The position numbers were made by a program, and so were the translations under genes. The notes under the pieces were generated by a model. The model saw nothing but the letters and a program-made list of their open reading frames with translations. It made no database searches and was not told the origin of the DNA. From NCBI GenBank assembly GCA_000165425.1, contig CT868196.1, forward strand, positions 310,001-374,000: 64,000 bases of DNA, given 5' to 3'. Positions 1 to 12,834 of this stretch are shown here, piece after piece. The first letter of the stretch is position 1. Every line of letters begins with the position of its first letter. The DNA is from Paramecium tetraurelia (taxonomy: Eukaryota).

Positions 1-1119
1 TTTTCATATTATTAAGTAATTTTGTAATTGAATTCAGGATTTTCAAAATAAAAAGTAATAGTATTAATTGAGTAGTCAATATAAATAAAATGCCAAGTAT
101 TAATGTATGAGTAATTATCTATTAGAATCTCTTTAGTAATTAAGACTAAAGAATTATCTGGGATCGAACGAACAAGAATTGGAATAATTTATGAATAAAA
201 ACAGATTCTAAATATCCATTTATGTGATTCTTTATCGTAAACATAATCTAAAATAAAAGAATTAGATCCAGTTGCCATAAAGTCTTATGTAAATCTATTT
301 GCAACGACTCTTAATATATGTATAATCTAATCGAAATTGCTATCATATAATGCTTATGCTTTGGCCCAAAAGGAGACTCTATAATCCTTTTGAGTTTGGG
401 TCGAGATTGAATAAAATGAATTAGATACTCTTTCTTAAAATTCAGTGCTTTGCTCCTGTAATAAGACTGCATTGCTACCCTATAAGGAAGGGTAACCACT
501 CCAAAGATATTTCAATTCTGACATTTATATTATTGCTGCATTCATTTTCCCTGGAAATTATTTTAACAGGATTTTAGTACCAGTCATCGGGTTGATATCC
601 TAACTAAGTAAAATTGCTTACTGAATATATCCCTCCAGAGATTTATGTTACAACAAAATTAGGTTTGATGGTATTTGGAAAGGTAAAAGATTTTCTGTTA
701 GTGTTTCCCCAAAATTATTCAACCATAACCTAGCCTGAATCTTAGTAATAGATAATAGTGCTAATCCTGATGCCCTCAATTTCCAAAGGTTGAAATTGGA
801 AAGTACACTCTACCCACTTCCCTTCTGTATTGACCTGCACATGAAATACAACTAGCCTTTATTCAAATAGAATTTCCATATAAATGATATAATTCAACTC
901 CTATTTGTCTCCGAAGTACCCACCCTACAAAAAGTAGTAATAGTCTTCATTCGATTATTCATAAAGATATTTGTTAATTCCCAGAGGGCAATATAATGAG
1001 AGAACTCCTGAGGCTTAGTTAGTTGAGGTCCATTTAAAAATATATGGTTATCTTGTTTGATCTTGGACTACTCGAATATCACCGAAGGCCATTCTTAATA
1101 GGGAAAAGATTAATATCAT
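1..1119 (-). CDS. Secreted/surface protein, N-terminal part (runs off window start); resembles the N-terminus of large Paramecium surface proteins
   Basis: ATG at 1119 then signal-peptide-like MILIFSLLRMAFG; open in code 6 with one short intron (~600-621); beta-rich segments LKQFPG, VSFWAK, WHFIYIDY. Confidence 0.65.
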
Positions 1120-1143
1120 AATATATATTTTTATTATTATATT

Positions 1144-4100
1144 TCAATAATAAAATCTGCATTTTATCCTTTTCTAAAATGTTATATCTAACTCTACATA
1201 TTCTTCAAAGTCTTAAATTTCAAAAAGTAAATAGATTGGTGTTTGTAATAAGTTTTATTCCTCTTCCTTACTATTGAACATAATTGGAGAATAGAGCAAC
1301 TTAGCTTTCTATTTGATGCAAGTGACTTTCTCACCAAACACTTGTTCAGCGTAATTTATAAACCTTTCCAAATTATTGACCTGAGAACTAAAGTTTACAT
1401 CCCACCTGGACCAGAATGAGAAATTTTTTCCATTTATTTATTCATATTGACATTCTCCAGGTTCTGATTGAAGTGCATATGGAATAGCTAAATTTAAGAA
1501 CATATTCTTAAACGTCTCTAATTTTAGGTTCTCATCAATCATCAACTTTTTGATTACTTTCACCAATTCGATAGTTTATAAACCTGCTATGCAAGCACTT
1601 GTTGTAGCCATTGCAGGAACAATCTAAAATATAATATAAATTATTTACTCTTCCTGCCTTCAACTTCGTGGTCAGCCAATCCAAAGGTTCTAATCCATAA
1701 TTTTAAGCTCTGCAATTCAAGGCAGCTTATATAAATTCAACATGATGGTTGTCATCTTCATCCTTCTCAAATTGTATAGGCTATGGTAAAAAGTCTAAAG
1801 GCTTTAGTAATTTAGGAGTTGATTCAGTCACTTCGTAATAGTCCTTAAAATATTCCACTATTTAATTGATTAATTCCTATTGACTTTACTACTAAGTGTC
1901 CTGATTACCTTCTTCTTGAGCCTTGGCTTATGCATCCTTTTATACTTAATCTTGTATCTACTATAACTTTTCTTTGTTTTCTTTGTATTCTTTAGGTTTG
2001 ATATTCTTGAGCGTTTGTTCGAAATCAAATTGTTAAGGAATTTCAATGCCCAAAGCTGCAGCATATAAGTAAGAGACAGATTGAATAAATTTGATTTACA
2101 TTTCTTCTCCTTTAAATTCAAATATCTATGGAGGTCTTTTGGGAGATGACCAGAACAATTTTCCATTAACAATATGATCCAATGGATATGCTTTCAAGAG
2201 GTCCATGATTCCATAGACAAAGTACTTATAGAATTTATTAAGAGCATATTAAATGCAATCCTCAAACTTTTTAGGCATATTCTTACAGAATTTAAGAGTA
2301 GTCTCTAATCCTTCAATGGTGAAATCCTTGAATAAAAAGGTTTGTCTAATTTATTATAGTTTAGTAGTGAATAGTTTTTCAAATTTATCTCTTGCCCATT
2401 CTAAACAGTGATTACTATCTTCAGGAAACATTTTGAGAGTGCAATAAGGTATTTCATTATTTTCTTCTGGATCCTGTTTACTACCATAACTTTCAGTTAG
2501 TTTGGGTAATATGACTTGGACATGTCCCTTTGGTCCCAAAGTTCCACTCTCAAGTAGGGGTTTCATATGTTCAATGCATTGTGAATCAACGTATAATCTT
2601 GCTTACACATTGTCAAGTGCATTGGTTATCACATCCACATATTAAAATACATTAGTATATAAACGCTCGGTTTATGGAGAGATTTTATCGAGTCTAGCAA
2701 CAATCTTCATTTAAGGATTCATCTTCAGACATGCTCTGGCAGCAGTATATGATTTTGGTTGTCTAAGATGCTTTTCTCTAAATAGAAACTATCTACTAAG
2801 ATTAGATTTCTCTATCACATCAGGATCAGTGACAATGATATTCCCATTAATACCTAATCCTATCATTGCATAATTCTTAAGCAATTCGCATCCTATTGCA
2901 CCAGCTCCAATCAAAAGTAATTTGCACTTTTCGATTGCCTATTATAATTCCTTTCCCAATATTAGATTACCATCTAACAATTCTTCGCATGTATGGAAAT
3001 AGCATTATCTTATTGGCATATACTTATGAGTAATTGCTTTGATGATTTCTTAACATACTATTCCACCTAAGTAAGCAGCCTATGGAGGGAATATTTGATT
3101 GCCAGTCTTTTAGAACAATTCATTGATTTCTCCACTTTAATTAGAAAATCGATTCATTTGCTCATTAATTACTGTGTACTTCTATTCATCCAAAATAAAG
3201 TTTGGATCAAATATGGGATCAGTCATAATTGCACTCATCTGTTTATTTTAAAGAACAATCTTTTATTTAATTGTCTATCCTCTTCCATTTCTCAAATACT
3301 TACCAAACTAACTCAAATCTCCCACATTAATGGTTGATTTATTGATTACTTTTACAACAGTTAATTATTAATTATTGAGTGATTTGCCATCCTCTTATAT
3401 GATTTCTTTGAGTTCAATGACATCATTTGGACTCAAATTGTGCTTCCCTTTAATCTCTATAATACCTTGATCTTAATCAATATTTTCAATAATGAATTCC
3501 TAAACTTATTCTCCATCTGCATCATTCACTGTAAATTGATCTCCCAAATCAATCATAATCCTTCCATAAACAGAGACCAACTATGATACAATCATACCAA
3601 TTTTGTATTCTCTACAGATTGCTGATATTGTATTGACAATTTCAAGTGAATCCACTTCGCACAAACATACCACTTAATAATTCAAACTCTTAATAGAAGA
3701 TATTATATCAGTAGAATAGTCAATCTAAACATAAGGATTTAACCCTTATAAATGTAGTAAACTCTGTTCTAATCTGCTTGACTCTTCATTTTATACAAAA
3801 AATTATCCTAAATTATTGAGTTTCTTGTCTTCTACTATGGTCAGTCTTTTCAGACCTGATAACACAAGATTCTTGGCTGTTTCAATACCTAATGCTCCCA
3901 ATCCATAAATGATTACACTCGCTTATGATTATTTACTTACAGAATCTAGACCCATGACACCTATATATCTGGACATCAAATTTTGAACTTCTGCATTTTA
4001 AATATCAAATTATCTGTTGCTAACATTACTCTCACTTACATCTATCTCTGGTAATTGACTTTATAAAAATTCGCTTATTTCTTCCTTCTTCCTATAATGT

Positions 4101-6721
4101 TATTTCTTTTTCTCCTATTGTATCTGAGTATATGATTGTCTTTGAATTATCGATAATATCTTTTTATCTGATTAATGAGTTATGCAAACTTTCAATTTCT
4201 CAAGTTCTTTTTTTAATGCTTCAAATTCTGCTGTTAAAATGCTCTTGAATTTCTATGGCTATTATTAGAATGGAGCAGAGATATTATGATTCTAAGTACA
4301 ATGATAACTGACTGGCAAATCAGCTTCATCTATCCATTATTATACTTCTTTAATGATAACATCTTTTCTCAAATAAAAACTCTTTTAAATAACCTCTTCA
4401 AAACCTGCTGGTGGTTTCTACAATTATTCTATCATTGCATATCTAATGTTAGCCAATTTAACAATATTGCAATAACCTCTGTTATTCTTCTCACCATCTA
4501 CTGTTCCCATACTGCTTTCCCAACCTGGCTCATTGAAATATACATATTCAGACATAACCATTGCTTGAATGGAAACCAAGATCTGCCACAACGTTGACTC
4601 ATTTGCTTTCCAATTATCTCCCCAAGTACCTAATAAACTTAGACATACCTTTCCACAATTATAAAGATTGGGATTGAATCTAACCTTTCCATGTCCAGTT
4701 GTTTCTAATAAACATTTAGGAGGCCTGGAAGGATAATCATCACAAAATAAAAAATTGTATAAAAAGGCTCCATGAGCATACGGGGTTCCACTTGAACCAA
4801 ATATCATAGCTTGCATAGCATCCATTCTGTCTTTATCGTATCTTAAGAATATGGAATTTGTCAATTAAAGTGGCAAGTTCTCACCAATATCTGACAACTC
4901 CTTTATGATTCTATTCATCTTCTTATTTGGAGGGGATGAAGACAAATGAGAATAAGCCTCTTCCAATTGCTTTTTCCATCCTGGTTGTTTGATTACTTCA
5001 CTTGTTTTCAGCACTAAGGGCTTCATTATCATAGGATAGAGATAAGCAGGATCCTATATTTACTAAGATTCAGTCTCTTCGAATTTTACATCAATATATT
5101 TGTTCTTTTCTAAAACAATAACTAATTGATTGAAGAACTCTTGAAGGTCCTTCAAAACTTCACTTAATTGTGTATCTTGATTTGAAATACCCTTAATTAT
5201 TTTCTAATTCAATTCTGGATCCTCTTTGCTTTGAATAAATGCTGACTCATTATTAACTTTTTGTATAACTTCAAACAATGAGACATCCCCATAATCTTTA
5301 CAAGTGAAGAGATGCATGGTTTCTTCAGTTAAAAACTTTTTTAATAATTCAAAGACTATCTGAATGACTTCAAATTTCTCTGTTATTGTTTGACTCTTGC
5401 TTAAGGATGATAATATACTCTTGATAACTGGTATGAGACATGAATCTTCTACCATAAGAATGTAATCTAGATTTAGGTTTCTTAATTTCTTAAAAATTTC
5501 AGTCAATATCTTCCATCTATACCCTTCAGCTTATTAATAAATCAAATCAGAATCCAAAATCTGGACTTCTTTCTTTTTCTATTAAGTTTGATAGGTTGAG
5601 GAATAATTGATATCTCCATAACCAATACCCTTAGGTTTAGACCCCTTCTGTTTATTATTCGAACTTGCTTATGGAGCTGCTTTAACTGGTTCTTCAACTT
5701 TCTTTGGTGGCTACTTTTCCACTTTCTTTTATTTCAAATCTAATGAATTAGCTTCATAGTATTGATGCAATCTCAATAGCAACTAATCAGTTTATTATTC
5801 AGTGTAATTATTAAGGTTCACTTGCAATAGATTCTCATAAACCACTTAATGGAATATCGATGTGTCCTTAGGGTCTTCTAGACTCAAGCTAATCACATTA
5901 GTGAGCCAATCCTAACTTATAATTCTTTAACACCAATCTTAACTCTCAAATAACAAACACTCGTACAATAACATATTGACAGTTGACTTATTATCAAATT
6001 TCTCCTAAGCTAATTATATCAATAGGGAGTGAATCAATCCTTTTTTTGATAATTTCTTGCATAATTTGGTTTTTGTGTTGTCAATATTAGTGCTTTTTTA
6101 AAATACGTAGATTTTTTCAAGTTTGCTAAATTATTGTCCCATTATTCGAATTCCCTTCTATTCAAAATAGACTGTTTGATTATGATATAATTGATTATTA
6201 TAATACACTAGATCAGCCTAACACTTGAGATCAGTTTTATTGAATGTCTTCTACATTCCTAATATGACGTTCGTATAAATTAAAATGCATGGCTTTTCCA
6301 ATCCATATTGCATCTGATCTCCTTTGTCAATCCATGCATACTTGTTATTTACTTGATGAGGAAACTCCTATAGGAATGCTTCAGGTATATCAGGTGGTGC
6401 AACATAAGAGCTTTTACTTAATAATTATAAAGGTAAATCATTGAGAGGAGTATCAAGAATGTCATCATAGACTTGAATAAGTAGTTGTTCATCACAATTT
6501 TCAATGAGGGAGTTAGCCAATTCTTTGATGCAGTTATTCTTCAAGTAATCATTTTTCAAAGATTTGATGTATTGATACAGAGCCTTCTATTAGTAGATCT
6601 TCTCAAAGCTTGTCAACAGTTTGAATTCCTATAGTGTTGTAAACTCAATATTATTGCAGACTTCTTCGAGGGTTTGCTCCTTAAAGATATAAACATCTTT
6701 TCCATAATCTTCATAAAACAT
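1144..6721 (-). CDS. E2-E1 fusion protein: N-terminal region + BIRC6-type UBC domain + complete UBA6/UBA1-like ubiquitin-activating enzyme (~1850 aa)
   Basis: One code-6 frame from ATG 6721 to TGA 1144 with one 25-nt intron (1624-1648). [39 protein letters not shown] (E2 Cys ~4644), [57 protein letters not shown] (E1 Cys ~2442), [12 protein letters not shown]-terminal UFD-like region. Confidence 0.93.
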
Positions 6722-6770
6722 TTAGATAATTAATTGTGTTTTTGCGATTATTATTTGTATTAATTAATTT
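6722..6770. promoter_or_regulatory. Putative 49-bp bidirectional promoter between E2-E1 fusion and DEAD-box helicase
   Basis: Divergent ATGs at 6721(-) and 6771(+). Confidence 0.5.
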
Positions 6771-8280
6771 ATGGATCAAAACCCTGAATAAGATAGAGAT
6801 TGGGATGATTTAAAAGGTGTATTAGCTGAAGACATCATTAATAAATTCAAAGAAGTAGGTCCAAAGGTTTATTCTCACCAATATGAATTCATAAATTACT
6901 GTCTAGGACAGAATGTCAATTAACAATCTCCTGTGATTGCTCTAAGAAGTCAAACAGGCAGTGGAAAGACTCTGTGCTTCCAATCTCTCATTTATTAGGA
7001 ATTCAAGGAAAAAAATCAAAAAATTAGTGAACAGAAATAAATCAAGTAGAAAGACAATACAATGAAGGAAGTTAGAATGTTATACCCATACACAATAGTT
7101 TTGGGATAGACTATATACTTAAAATAACATGAGGAGTATTTCAGAAAGCATTTACCAGAGAGATTGAAAAATGAAAATTTAAAATTTTAAACTTTCTTTG
7201 CATTTACAAAAGACAATGTATTATATTTCATTATTAATGTAGTAATTTCAATAAGTAAAAGAGAATAGAATTGAAGACGCTGATTGCTAGGTGTATCTAT
7301 GTCATCCTAGCAAAATGTTAGTGGGATTGAAAAACCGTATAATAAATGTGTCAAATCTTCGATATTTGATAATTGATGAGGCTGATCAATTATTGGAGAA
7401 GAATGAATAAAATTAAGCTAGAGTTGAGACCATGCAATTGATCTAATTCATTCTTGGATAAACCAATAATCAAAGTTATTAAATTGTTTTTGTGAGTGCT
7501 AGTTTGAAACCTGAAGAAATTTAAAATCTCATTAAGGAATGTGTTCAAAATAATATTGATGCAAGCAAGAAAGTTGATTCTAGATTCTTGCACAAAGATG
7601 AGGATGATATCTAAGAAGTTGTTTGTAACTTAAAAGTTATCCCATCAATTCAATAACAGATTTCTCCTTATACAATTGTTCATATGTATAAAGAGGCTCA
7701 AGAATAACCTGAATAGATCTTAGTAGATTTATTAAAGGATGTTTTTGATAAATTTACAGAGGCTTAGGTTATGATATTCTTTAACAAAAAAACCATTGTT
7801 AATGAATTGATAAATTTGTTTAAAAAGTCTTAGAAATTGGAATACATAGTTAAAAATAATTGGATTGGAGAATGCACTGGAGACACCAATTAAGTAGATA
7901 GAGAAATAGTGAGGAAAGAATTTAAGGATGGAAAAAAGAAGATCTTACTCTGTACAGATGTTTTATAAAGAGGAATGGATTTTAGAAAAGTGAGAGTCAT
8001 TATTCATTATGGATTACCAATTACACCAGCAGGAGAATTTAAAGAAGAGAGGTAATCTTATATCATTTAAGTATCTAGCTATTATCAACGTTCTGGAAGA
8101 ACAGGAAGAGCAAAGGATGAAGGAGTGGTTGTCTCTTTGTTATTGGAAGAAGATCTTAAATAGAAAAGACAAGAGAAATTAGTGGAAAGTTTAGTGATGA
8201 ACAATTCAAAAATACAAAAATACGATTAGAAACAATTCTGCACTGATTTGGCTAAATTATTGAATTTCAATAAAGAGTGA
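6771..8280 (+). CDS. Divergent DEAD-box RNA helicase (Dbp5/eIF4A-like core)
   Basis: SQTGSGKT (motif I), LIIDEAD (II), VSAS (III), TDVLQRGMD (V), YYQRSGRTGR (VI); short introns near 7219-7242 and 8052-8078. Confidence 0.85.
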
Positions 8281-8309
8281 TAAAACAAATAAAATATTAA
8301 ACAATTAAA

Positions 8310-9599
8310 ATGTCAAACTAATCTCGTAGCAGCCAATCTTCAAGAAGTTCTTCCCAAAAGCGTAATACAAAAAGACCTTAGAGAGACAAAAGAAAGAAGA
8401 ATAACTCTGATGAATATGACAGTGATGATGAAGATGTATCCCAATATGAGGGTATTTTAATTCAATTCATTTTAGGCACAAGACTCAAAAATAAACAGCA
8501 ACCACTATTAGGTCCTGGTAGATTCAACAAAAGAGAAAATAAACTCAAAAAACCAAATTCTGTCTACACTCCGGCGGCAACTACATTTCTATACAAGCCT
8601 GGCACAGAATTACCTAATCTATCCAATTTCATCAACTAGACTATTGAAATTAGAATTGCCTGCGAGTATGTCAACAAAAACAATCAAGCTTTGATTCTTC
8701 GATAAATTTGGGGATCCAATGGTGTCTATGCTAGTCATAGTGATGCAGTCTGTATTGGCATACATGCAGGTCTCTTAGCCTTGGGAGATCTTAAACTAAC
8801 AGGAACCTTTTATTAAGGAATTAGTTTGTCTTGTAAAGTTATTAAAGGCAAAAAGACATTAAATGGTTAATTAAAAGTGCCTTTACTTTCAAGATCTCTC
8901 AAGACTCCTTGTGCTCATTGTCTAAAACCTGAGAAAGTGAATTGGTTGCCTCAATTGGGATCTCCTGAATAATTGATAAGTTGGGCAAGAAAGATGTCTT
9001 TGCCTCCTCATAGGAGATTAACCAAAAAAACCCATTTGAATGTATTCTTACATGAACCTCCCTAAAACAGTCTTCCAGAAAATCTATTAGTTAATAACTT
9101 ACCTCCACTAAATGAAGGTTGGATAGTTTGGGACATGTGTAATGAACCTAGTTAAAAATACAATCTACTAACATTTTTGGACAGACAAACTGCCTAAGGT
9201 ATTCCTAGTCGAACATCGTATAGACTAAAAACTAATTGTCTATATATTGAAACAAGTAACAAAAAGTATATAATCAAATATAATTGTAAGATTTGAGATC
9301 TCAATGGATCCAAATAAAATAGCTGAAGAAGTGTTTTTAGACTCTCAAGTCTTTATGATCTCTGAAATCATCATACCATAATAGTCGGATATTGAGATGT
9401 TATAAAAATATGGAGTAAATCAATTGATCTAATTAGTTAGGTTCCCTTACCAAAAGAATTTAAAAATCTAATTTTAGACAAATTGAAATGGATTAATTTT
9501 GAATGGGGTAATGATAATGTTATTATTGATGGACAATTCACAATTCAATGTTTGAAGAGCTTCAAGTTTGTGCCAATTACAAAACATTAACATTTATGA
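8310..9599 (+). CDS. RXT3/HDC1-like histone deacetylase complex protein
   Basis: IEIRIACEY..RQIWGSNGVYASHSDAVCIGIHAG (Rxt3 LWGTDIYTDDSD-like); DMCNEPSQKY..TSYRLKTNCLYIET and LKWINFEW resemble the plant HDC1 C-terminus; short introns. Confidence 0.78.
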
Positions 9600-9985
9600 T
9601 TAATCATTTTATGATATAAAGATGTTAAAATTAAATTAACAATTTATTCTTTGTTCTACTTAAAGAATAATAACCATTTATAATTGATTAAATTAATCAG
9701 ATAGGTATTCAACTCTTGCTCAAATAATGGAATGAATAAACATTTATTAATTAAACATTAGTCTCTAAAGAATTCAGTAATACTAATATAAGAATTGAAT
9801 TATTTGAAAAGATCAAACAATTTTATATATCCAATTATATATAAGGACTGAAAATTTGAGTTTTATTAAGTAAGTTATTTAGAATTGAACTTATTTTTAG
9901 TTATTAGTACATCCAGGGATTGCAATAGTTTTGAGTTAACAAGACAAATAATATTTCTATATTTATATTAAATTCATTAAATAAA

Positions 9986-12806
9986 ATGTAATCTATTGGG
10001 TCTGAAGGACTGAAGGCAGGTGTTACTAAGTCGAACATCCGCAGCAATGTTACAATGTAGAAGAGGTTTTGATTATCTGTTTAGGTAGGCCCAATAATTT
10101 AGGAGGCGGCAAAACTCAATTGGGACCACCAAAGACCAACATGGATACTCAATAGTCAGCCTCAGATAACATTATTGTGAAGTATAAAGATACAATAGTC
10201 ACTCCAAAAGAGTAAGAATTCAGTTTAATGAAAGGCTTGTGACAAAGAAATTTTTATAACTTGCAGAGTAATAAAATCGAGAAGAGGAGTAGCGATTGAA
10301 AGTATTGCAGAAGTAGAATGAAACAAAGGTTAGTTAGAGTGTTGCTGAGAGCAATGTGAAATCATTTTATTAAAGTGCTGTATGATAATAATTTTATAAT
10401 TAGGATAAATCATCTAATTCAGATGTGAAGATTTCATCATCGAATAATCCTGAACGTAGCAGTTTCATGGAGTCTAAATAATCTGAGGGTACATATTCTG
10501 ATTCAGATTCAAGGAGAGATCAATCTGAGTTATAGGAGAAGAAGACGAAGTAAAAAAAGGGATTAAAAGAAGAGGATTTAGATGAAAATATTCCCATTAA
10601 TTTATCTGAAACTTGTACAATGTAATTGCTATTTATCCCATCTTCTTTTATCAACAGTGAACAAGGGAAAAAGACTGGTGTGATTTAAAAAACTCAAGAT
10701 TATGAGAAATACATGGTTGAAAAGATTGGAAGTGATAATTATACTAAAAGACATGCCTAGACTTTCAATTATAATTAAAAACATAAGATATAATAATCAA
10801 ATAAGATAGAGAAAAATGAATATGGTGCATTTGCTGCTATTTGGGATCTTTATGATGCCTCAGTTACTGATTAATTGAATGAATTTGAACTATTGTAAGA
10901 AGATATTAAAGGTTCCATTGAAAAAGAGTATAAATAACATCTCAAGAATCCATATTTCTTATTGCCAACTGAATTGGAGGCTATTAAGATTCATACTGAA
11001 AGACCTGTATTGGGAAAGGATTATTCTGAAAAGTAAACGAATAAAACAAAAACAGGCATTAACAGCAATAAGTAGAATTAACCACTTAATAGTTTATCTG
11101 GAGGTTATACTAACTAATAATTAGATGATAAAATGTAAGATTCAAGTTCAAGTCATACAGGCACAAAGAACTTGTAATCTTAATAAGTGAATATTTAATA
11201 ATAAGTGACACGGAGTCATGGCAAGACCAGTAATCCAATGCCAGAATAATAATAAAAATAATATGAAATGAAATAAGATGAATAGGATCTAAAAGAAGAA
11301 GATTATATGAAAGAATTGGTTAAAAGGAACAATACTTAAATGTCTGATTCAGAACAAGTGATTTTTCAAAGCAATTTGGTTTAGACAAATTTGAAATATG
11401 TTGAGAGAATTTTAAATCAGAATCTATTTCATAAACAATATATTCAATATAGAAATTACCCTGAAGTCAAATTTGAAAAGATGACTTTAGATGAGGATCT
11501 AAAATAGAGAGGAGGAGCTTTCAAAAGGGCATTTCAAAATAAATAAGAGGATGAAGAAGTAGTTGAAAAGAAAAAAAACGAACCTATTGTGTAATTGTTC
11601 TAATATAAGTGTGCTTTAAGTGATTAATGCAAAGTCACACAAGCAGATTGGAATTCTGTTAATAAAGATTTGTTGGCAGTTTCCTATTCAAATAAATAAA
11701 CATCTGAGGGTCACATTATGTTTTGGACTCTCAAAAATCCTACTTATCCTGAAAGAATAATTACATATCCTTCAAAGATTAATTGCTGCAAATTTTCAAA
11801 TAGTCAACCTAATCTAATTGCTGCAGGTACAATAGATGGAATTGTTGCTGTTTGGGATATCAGAAGAAAATCAGATAAACCAATTACTGAAAATAAAGAA
11901 TTGCCAGGAAAACATAGCGATTCAGTTTGGGAAGTGCAATGGATAGGCAAAGGAGCAAAAGGAACTGATAAGGTGGAATCATTAGTTAGTATAAGCAGTG
12001 ATAGTAGAATTGCCGAATGGTCGATGAAAAAAGGATTAGAGTATACGAATTTAATGAATCTGAAAAGAGTTGTGTAATCATCCTAAAAAGAGAATTTATA
12101 AGAAGGAGTCAATTTTAGATTATCAGCAGGATTTTCATTTGACTTTCTATAAGGGTATATTGTTTATAAAATATATTAGAGAATCTTCTATGTATTTAGC
12201 AGCTACTGAAGATGGTACTATACATAGATGTTCAAAGTCATATACTGAACAATATTTGGATAACTATTTTGGTCATTCTGGCCCTGTTTACAAGGTTAGA
12301 TGTAACCCATTTTTCAGCGACATCTTTTTAACATGTAGTGCTGATTGGTCATGTAAATTATGGAATTGGAGAGAAGAATTACCAAAGGCGAATTTCTAAG
12401 TATTAAAACATATGTATTTTAGTAATAAAACTTACAAGATGAAGTTTTAGATTTTGAATGGTCACCTCATACTTCCACTTTATTCGCTTCAGTTTGTAAA
12501 GATGGAAGATTAGAATTATGGGATTTAACCAAAAATAATATGTTGGATCCCTTTGCTACATTAATGCCTTAGGATTAATAAATTTGGCCAGCTAAGACTA
12601 TGGTCCGATTTGCTCAAAATAGTCCAATTATAATCACAGGTGATGCTCATGGAGAAGTTAACACTTACAGATTATATGGTAAATATTTAAATACTATATT
12701 AAACATAGGTTATGAGGATAATGATCCACTTATCCAATAGGAAAGGTTGGAAAAGTTATTCTATCCGACTGGATATGTAAAAGGATAAAAAGAGCAAAGA
12801 GATTGA
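9986..12806 (+). CDS. DNAI4: Axonemal dynein intermediate chain, WDR78/DNAI4 (IC138)-like WD40 protein
   Basis: VERILNQNLFHKQYIQYR, FWTLKNPTYPER, KHSDSVWEVQW, LVSISSDSRIAEWSMKKGLEYTNLMNLKR, YLAATEDGTIHRCSKSYTEQYL..GHSGPVYKV; several short introns. Confidence 0.85.
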
Positions 12807-12834
12807 TGAGTGTATTAATATATATATTTTTAAT

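Noticed and set aside
3095..4597. Plus-strand ORF-track entries 3095-3337 and 4286-4597, and similar ones such as 55214-55483, 55954-56220 and 61810-62016
   Set aside because: Antisense shadows of well-supported genes on the opposite strand; no motifs of their own
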